DNA of 64,000 nucleotides from Vicinamibacterales bacterium (GTDB lineage Bacteria; Acidobacteriota; Vicinamibacteria; Vicinamibacterales; CAVVIG01): NCBI GenBank assembly GCA_035650895.1, contig DASRGT010000022.1, positions 5,571 to 69,570 of the forward strand, read 5' to 3'. Shown piece by piece: positions 58,029 to 64,000 of this stretch (position 1 is its first letter; each line of letters starts with the position of its first letter). The notes under the pieces were generated by a model. It saw only the letters and a program-made list of their open reading frames with translations, ran no database searches and was not told where the DNA came from. The position numbers and the translations under genes were made by a program.

Positions 58029-59150
58029 ATGGAACAGGTCACCGACGCTCCACTCAAGAAGACGCCGCTCAACGCCCGTCATCGCGCATCGGGCGCCAGG
58101 ATGGTGCCATTCGCCGGCTGGGACATGCCGGTCGAATACGCCGGCGGCGGTGTCGTCGCCGAGCACATGGCGGTCCGCACGGCGGCCGGGATGTTCGACG
58201 TCAGCCACATGGGCGAGATCGAAATCGCGGGCAAGGACGCGCTCGCGGCCGTCCAGCGGATTTCGTCCAACGACGCGAGCAAGCTGCAGGTCGGCCAGGC
58301 GCAGTACTCCGGCCTGCTGACCCCCGACGCCACCTTCGTCGACGACCTGCTCGTCTACCGCCTCGCCCCCGCGCACTTCCTGCTCGTCGTCAATGCCGGC
58401 AACATCGACAAGGACTACGGCTGGATGGTGGAGCACATCAAGCCGGCCGGCGATGCCGTCGCCGTCAACGCCAGCTCGCGCTACGCGCTGATCGCGATTC
58501 AGGGGCCGAAGGCGCTGGGCATCCTCCAGACGCTCACCGGCGTCGACCTCGCGTCGATGAAGTACTACTGGTTCGCGCACGGCGAGGTCGCGTCCGTCCG
58601 GGCGACGATCTCGCGCACCGGCTACACCGGCGAGGACGGTTTCGAGGTGTTCGTTCCGCCCCAGTCGGCCGACCGGGTGTGGAACGCGCTGCTCGACGCC
58701 GGCCGCGGCGACGGCCTGGTGCCATGCGGCCTCGGCGCCCGCGACACGCTGCGCCTCGAGGCGGGCATGCGCCTGCACGGCAACGACATCGACGAGACGA
58801 CGACGGCGCTCGAAGCGGATCTGGGCTGGATCGTGGGCTGGAAGAAGGACGATTTCATCGGCGCGGCGCGGCTGCGCGACCAGAAGGCGAACGGCGTCGC
58901 GCGAAAGCTCGTCGGGTTCGAGATGCTCGACCGCGGCATCGCGCGTCACGGCTACGCGGCGTACGTCGGCGGCGCCCAAGCCGGCGTCGTGACCAGCGGG
59001 ACGCAGACGCCGTTTCTGAAGCGCGCGATCGGCATGGCCTACCTGCCGGTCGAGCACACCGCGCCCGACACCGAATTCGACGTCGACATCCGCGGCCGGC
59101 GCACGCGCGCCCGCGTGGTGCCGATGCCGTTCTACAAGAGGCAAAAATAA
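58029..59150 (+). CDS. gcvT: Glycine cleavage system aminomethyltransferase (T protein)
   Basis: 'KKTPL...H...GA.MV.FAGW.MP..Y', 'FDVSHMG' and 'RTGYTGEDGFE'. Only the 3' part of track ORF 57738..59150 is real. Confidence 0.95.
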   Translation: MEQVTDAPLKKTPLNARHRASGARMVPFAGWDMPVEYAGGGVVAEHMAVRTAAGMFDVSHMGEIEIAGKDALAAVQRISSNDASKLQVGQAQYSGLLTPDATFVDDLLVYRLAPAHFLLVVNAGNIDKDYGWMVEHIKPAGDAVAVNASSRYALIAIQGPKALGILQTLTGVDLASMKYYWFAHGEVASVRATISRTGYTGEDGFEVFVPPQSADRVWNALLDAGRGDGLVPCGLGARDTLRLEAGMRLHGNDIDETTTALEADLGWIVGWKKDDFIGAARLRDQKANGVARKLVGFEMLDRGIARHGYAAYVGGAQAGVVTSGTQTPFLKRAIGMAYLPVEHTAPDTEFDVDIRGRRTRARVVPMPFYKRQK

Positions 59151-59526
59151 TGGCTGCTGCGTATCCCGCGGGCTTCAAGTACACGAAAGACCACGAGTGG
59201 ATCGAGCTCGCCGGCGACCGCGGCAAGGTCGGCATCACCGACTACGCGCAGGCGCAGCTCGGGGACGTCGTGTACGTCGAGCTGCCCGAAGTCGGCGCGA
59301 AGCTGAAACAGGGCCAGTCCTTCGGCACGATCGAATCGGTGAAGGCGGTCTCCGAGCTGTATTCACCGGTCACCGGGGAAGTCGTCGAGGTGAACGCGCC
59401 GCTCAAGGACAAGCCCGAGACGGTCAACTCCGATCCGCACGGCACCTGGATGGTCGTCGTCAAGCTCACCAACCCGAGCGAAGCCAGCGGCCTTCTCGAC
59501 GCGGCACAGTACCAGGACCTGATTAA

Positions 59527-59530
<4 letters not shown>
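59150..59530 (+). CDS. gcvH: Glycine cleavage system H protein
   Basis: TAATG overlap. 'YTKDHEWI' and the lipoyl-Lys motif '[13 protein letters not shown]'. Confidence 0.95.
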
Positions 59531-62436
<2,906 letters not shown>

Positions 62437-62451
62437 GGCCGCGCCTGGCCG

Positions 62452-62667
62452 CTAGCGCGATCCGAGAAACGCCAGCAGCCGCGCCTTGTCCGTCGCGCCG
62501 ACCGCCCGGGACGCCTGCGTCACCGGCGTCGCCTGGCCGCCGTGCCGCGGGACGATGCGCGAGTCGATGGCGCGGCCGTTGATCAGCGAGCCGCCGGGTG
62601 ATCGGTGAAGACGCCGTGAGGCACGTGCGGCGCGCAGCTCGGCGACCTGGCTGATGCCGACGGTCAC
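62452..62667 (-). CDS. Small hypothetical ORF (71 aa), possibly real or a gene remnant
   Basis: GTG start. Almost every codon ends in G/C, so it is coding-like. It has no recognisable motif. It lies 61 nt downstream of, and co-directional with, the SGNH gene. Confidence 0.3.
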   Translation of the reverse strand: MTVGISQVAELRAARASRRLHRSPGGSLINGRAIDSRIVPRHGGQATPVTQASRAVGATDKARLLAFLGSR

Positions 62668-62728
62668 CGGGGTCTGCTCGAATGTGGGCCGGGGGTGGCG
62701 CGACCGTACCGCAGGCGCGTCCGATCGA

Positions 62729-63688
62729 TCAACGACGAATGCTGTCGCGCTGCCACACGGATCCGAACGCGGCGAGGATCGCGTCCGCGGCGAGGCGGTT
62801 CGACTGCGCGTTGGGATGCGCGTCGAACGGACTCACCCACAGCGTACGTGGATCACCGATCTTGGAATAGACCGGCAGCAGATCGAGGAACGGGACGTGC
62901 GCCTCCGCACATAGCTGTGCGGTCCCTTCGTGCAGATACCGAAACGGGTAGTCGCGGCCGAACGGCCCGAGCGCGTCGGGCGCCGGAAACAGCACGGCGC
63001 CGACGCCGACGCGGGCCGCGTGCGCGCGCGCGAAGAATTCGGCGAGCTGTCCGTACGCCAGCTTCGCGTTCGGCGACTGGCGATCCCGGAGGTTGCGTGC
63101 CATGTACGTCGGATAGCTGTCGGTGATTCCGACCTTCTCCTGCAGCGTGTCCCACTGATTGCGCAGCAGGTCGTAGACGATCGACCGCGATTCGAGCGCA
63201 CGGCTCCAGGCATCGGGCAGCAGCGGCCTGGGCCGCGGCCGCTCCATCGCCGCGGTCTCCCAGTCGTTGATGTACAGCTGCAGCAGGACGAAGTCCGGCT
63301 GCACCGCGAGCGCCTGCGTGAGGACGTCGAGGTGCTCGGGCATGTTGTCGCCGGGCCGCCCGAAGTTGAACACCTCGTACCCGGGGCCGAGCGCCTGCTC
63401 GATCAGATTCGAGAAGCGCTCGCGCTCGTCGATGCCCTGGCCCCACGTGAACGAATCGCCGACGATCGCGATCCGATACGCGCCCGATTTCGGCGGAACG
63501 TCGCGGTCGCGGAACCCGACGTTGTTGACGCGCAGGGCGGGGCCGGCGCCGCGCCGCCCGACGAAATCGTGCGCGTTGCCGCTGGTCGCCGCGTGCCGGA
63601 ACACGTAGCGCATCGCGAACTCGGCACCCACGAGCGCGAGCGCGGTGACGCATGCGACGAAGAGCAGGCGCAGGACGGCCCGCGTCAC
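62729..63688 (-). CDS. SGNH/GDSL-family hydrolase with an N-terminal membrane anchor
   Basis: The GTG start overlaps the upstream stop (GTGA). 'IAIVGDSFTWGQG' (block I), 'NFGRPGDN', 'LYINDW' and 'PFDAHPN' (block V). Confidence 0.75.
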   Translation of the reverse strand: MTRAVLRLLFVACVTALALVGAEFAMRYVFRHAATSGNAHDFVGRRGAGPALRVNNVGFRDRDVPPKSGAYRIAIVGDSFTWGQGIDERERFSNLIEQALGPGYEVFNFGRPGDNMPEHLDVLTQALAVQPDFVLLQLYINDWETAAMERPRPRPLLPDAWSRALESRSIVYDLLRNQWDTLQEKVGITDSYPTYMARNLRDRQSPNAKLAYGQLAEFFARAHAARVGVGAVLFPAPDALGPFGRDYPFRYLHEGTAQLCAEAHVPFLDLLPVYSKIGDPRTLWVSPFDAHPNAQSNRLAADAILAAFGSVWQRDSIRR

Positions 63689-64000
63689 TTCGCGTGGACG
63701 GCGGTGCGCGTCAGGCGGTCGGCCGCGTCTCGGAAATGGCGGAGCAGCGACTGCGTGATCGGTCCCGGCGCGCCGCTTCCGATCGTCCGGTCGTCGACGT
63801 GAACGATCGGCACCAGCTCGCGCGTCGTGCTGGTCAGGAACGCCTCGTCCGCGCCGAGGAGGTCGCCGTCGCGGAGCACCGCTTCGCGCACGGCGATGCC
63901 GTGCTCCGCGCCGAGCTCGAACAGGAACTCGCGCGTGATGCCCGGCAGCAGCCCCGCGTCGACCGGCGGCGTCAGCGCCGCGCCGCCCTTGACGATGAAC
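63685..64000 (-). CDS. Class IV (BCAT/ADC-lyase-type) aminotransferase, C-terminal part (5' end lies outside the window)
   Basis: The frame is open to the window edge. 'LTPPVDAGLLPGITREFLFEL', 'ADEAFLTSTTRELVPIV' and 'IGSGAPGPIT' are typical fold-type IV C-terminal motifs. Confidence 0.75.
   Translation of the reverse strand, partial: FIVKGGAALTPPVDAGLLPGITREFLFELGAEHGIAVREAVLRDGDLLGADEAFLTSTTRELVPIVHVDDRTIGSGAPGPITQSLLRHFRDAADRLTRTAVHAK

Overview
This is a very GC-rich (about 70% by eye, not computed), densely coding bacterial chromosomal segment. The mix of PA14/HYR/Ig-like surface proteins, many polytopic GT-C-like membrane proteins, Tat and lipoprotein signals and sigma-54 regulators suggests an Acidobacteriota/Gemmatimonadota-like soil organism; that is inference only. 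I call about 57 CDS and one ncRNA (RNase P RNA). I found no rRNA, tRNA, CRISPR array, transposase, integrase or phage genes. All family calls rest on motif recognition in the supplied translations, because no database search was possible.

Layout:
- 1-23.3 kb: cell-envelope glycan/glycosylation locus. It holds Fn3-like and HYR-SGNH lipoproteins, a PA14-GT39 fusion, three further large GT-C-like membrane proteins, a Wzx-type flippase, GT2 and GT4 enzymes, a deacetylase, a methyltransferase, an epimerase and an acetyltransferase.
- 24.3-28.3 kb: a three-subunit molybdenum hydroxylase (FAD / 2Fe-2S / Mo) translationally coupled to the glycosyltransferases, followed by a MoaD/ThiS-like GG protein and ttcA.
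- 29-49.9 kb: mostly housekeeping genes (dtd, glpD, dapF, radC, larC, metG, TatD, polyprenyl synthase, ligA, HtrA, NtrC-type regulator, rnpB, amidohydrolase, epimerase, HExxH/TPR protein).
- 50-58 kb: accessory block. It holds a frameshifted giant IPT/beta-propeller/Ig-like surface protein, a 0.5 kb non-coding gap, a comEA-pseudopilin-PilZ-sigma54 activator module, and a secreted protein with a phospholipase-A2 active-site signature plus a small membrane protein.
- 58-62.4 kb: gcvT-gcvH-gcvP.
- 62.4-64 kb: SGNH hydrolase and a partial class IV aminotransferase.

Genes are very often joined by 4-nt start/stop overlaps (ATGA/GTGA/TTGA). Most long ORFs in the six-frame track on the opposite strand or in other frames are GC-composition artefacts.

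Most noteworthy observations:
- An in-frame TGA sits exactly at the catalytic Cys of a periplasmic DUF442 (CX4R) protein. It is either a selenocysteine candidate or a very recent pseudogene.
- A bacterial secreted protein carries a perfect 'CCxxHDxCY' sPLA2 signature.
- A 17-nt motif, GGTCGC-N4-TTGCCTC, with exact sigma-54 -24/-12 spacing occurs on both sides of the sigma-54 activator module.
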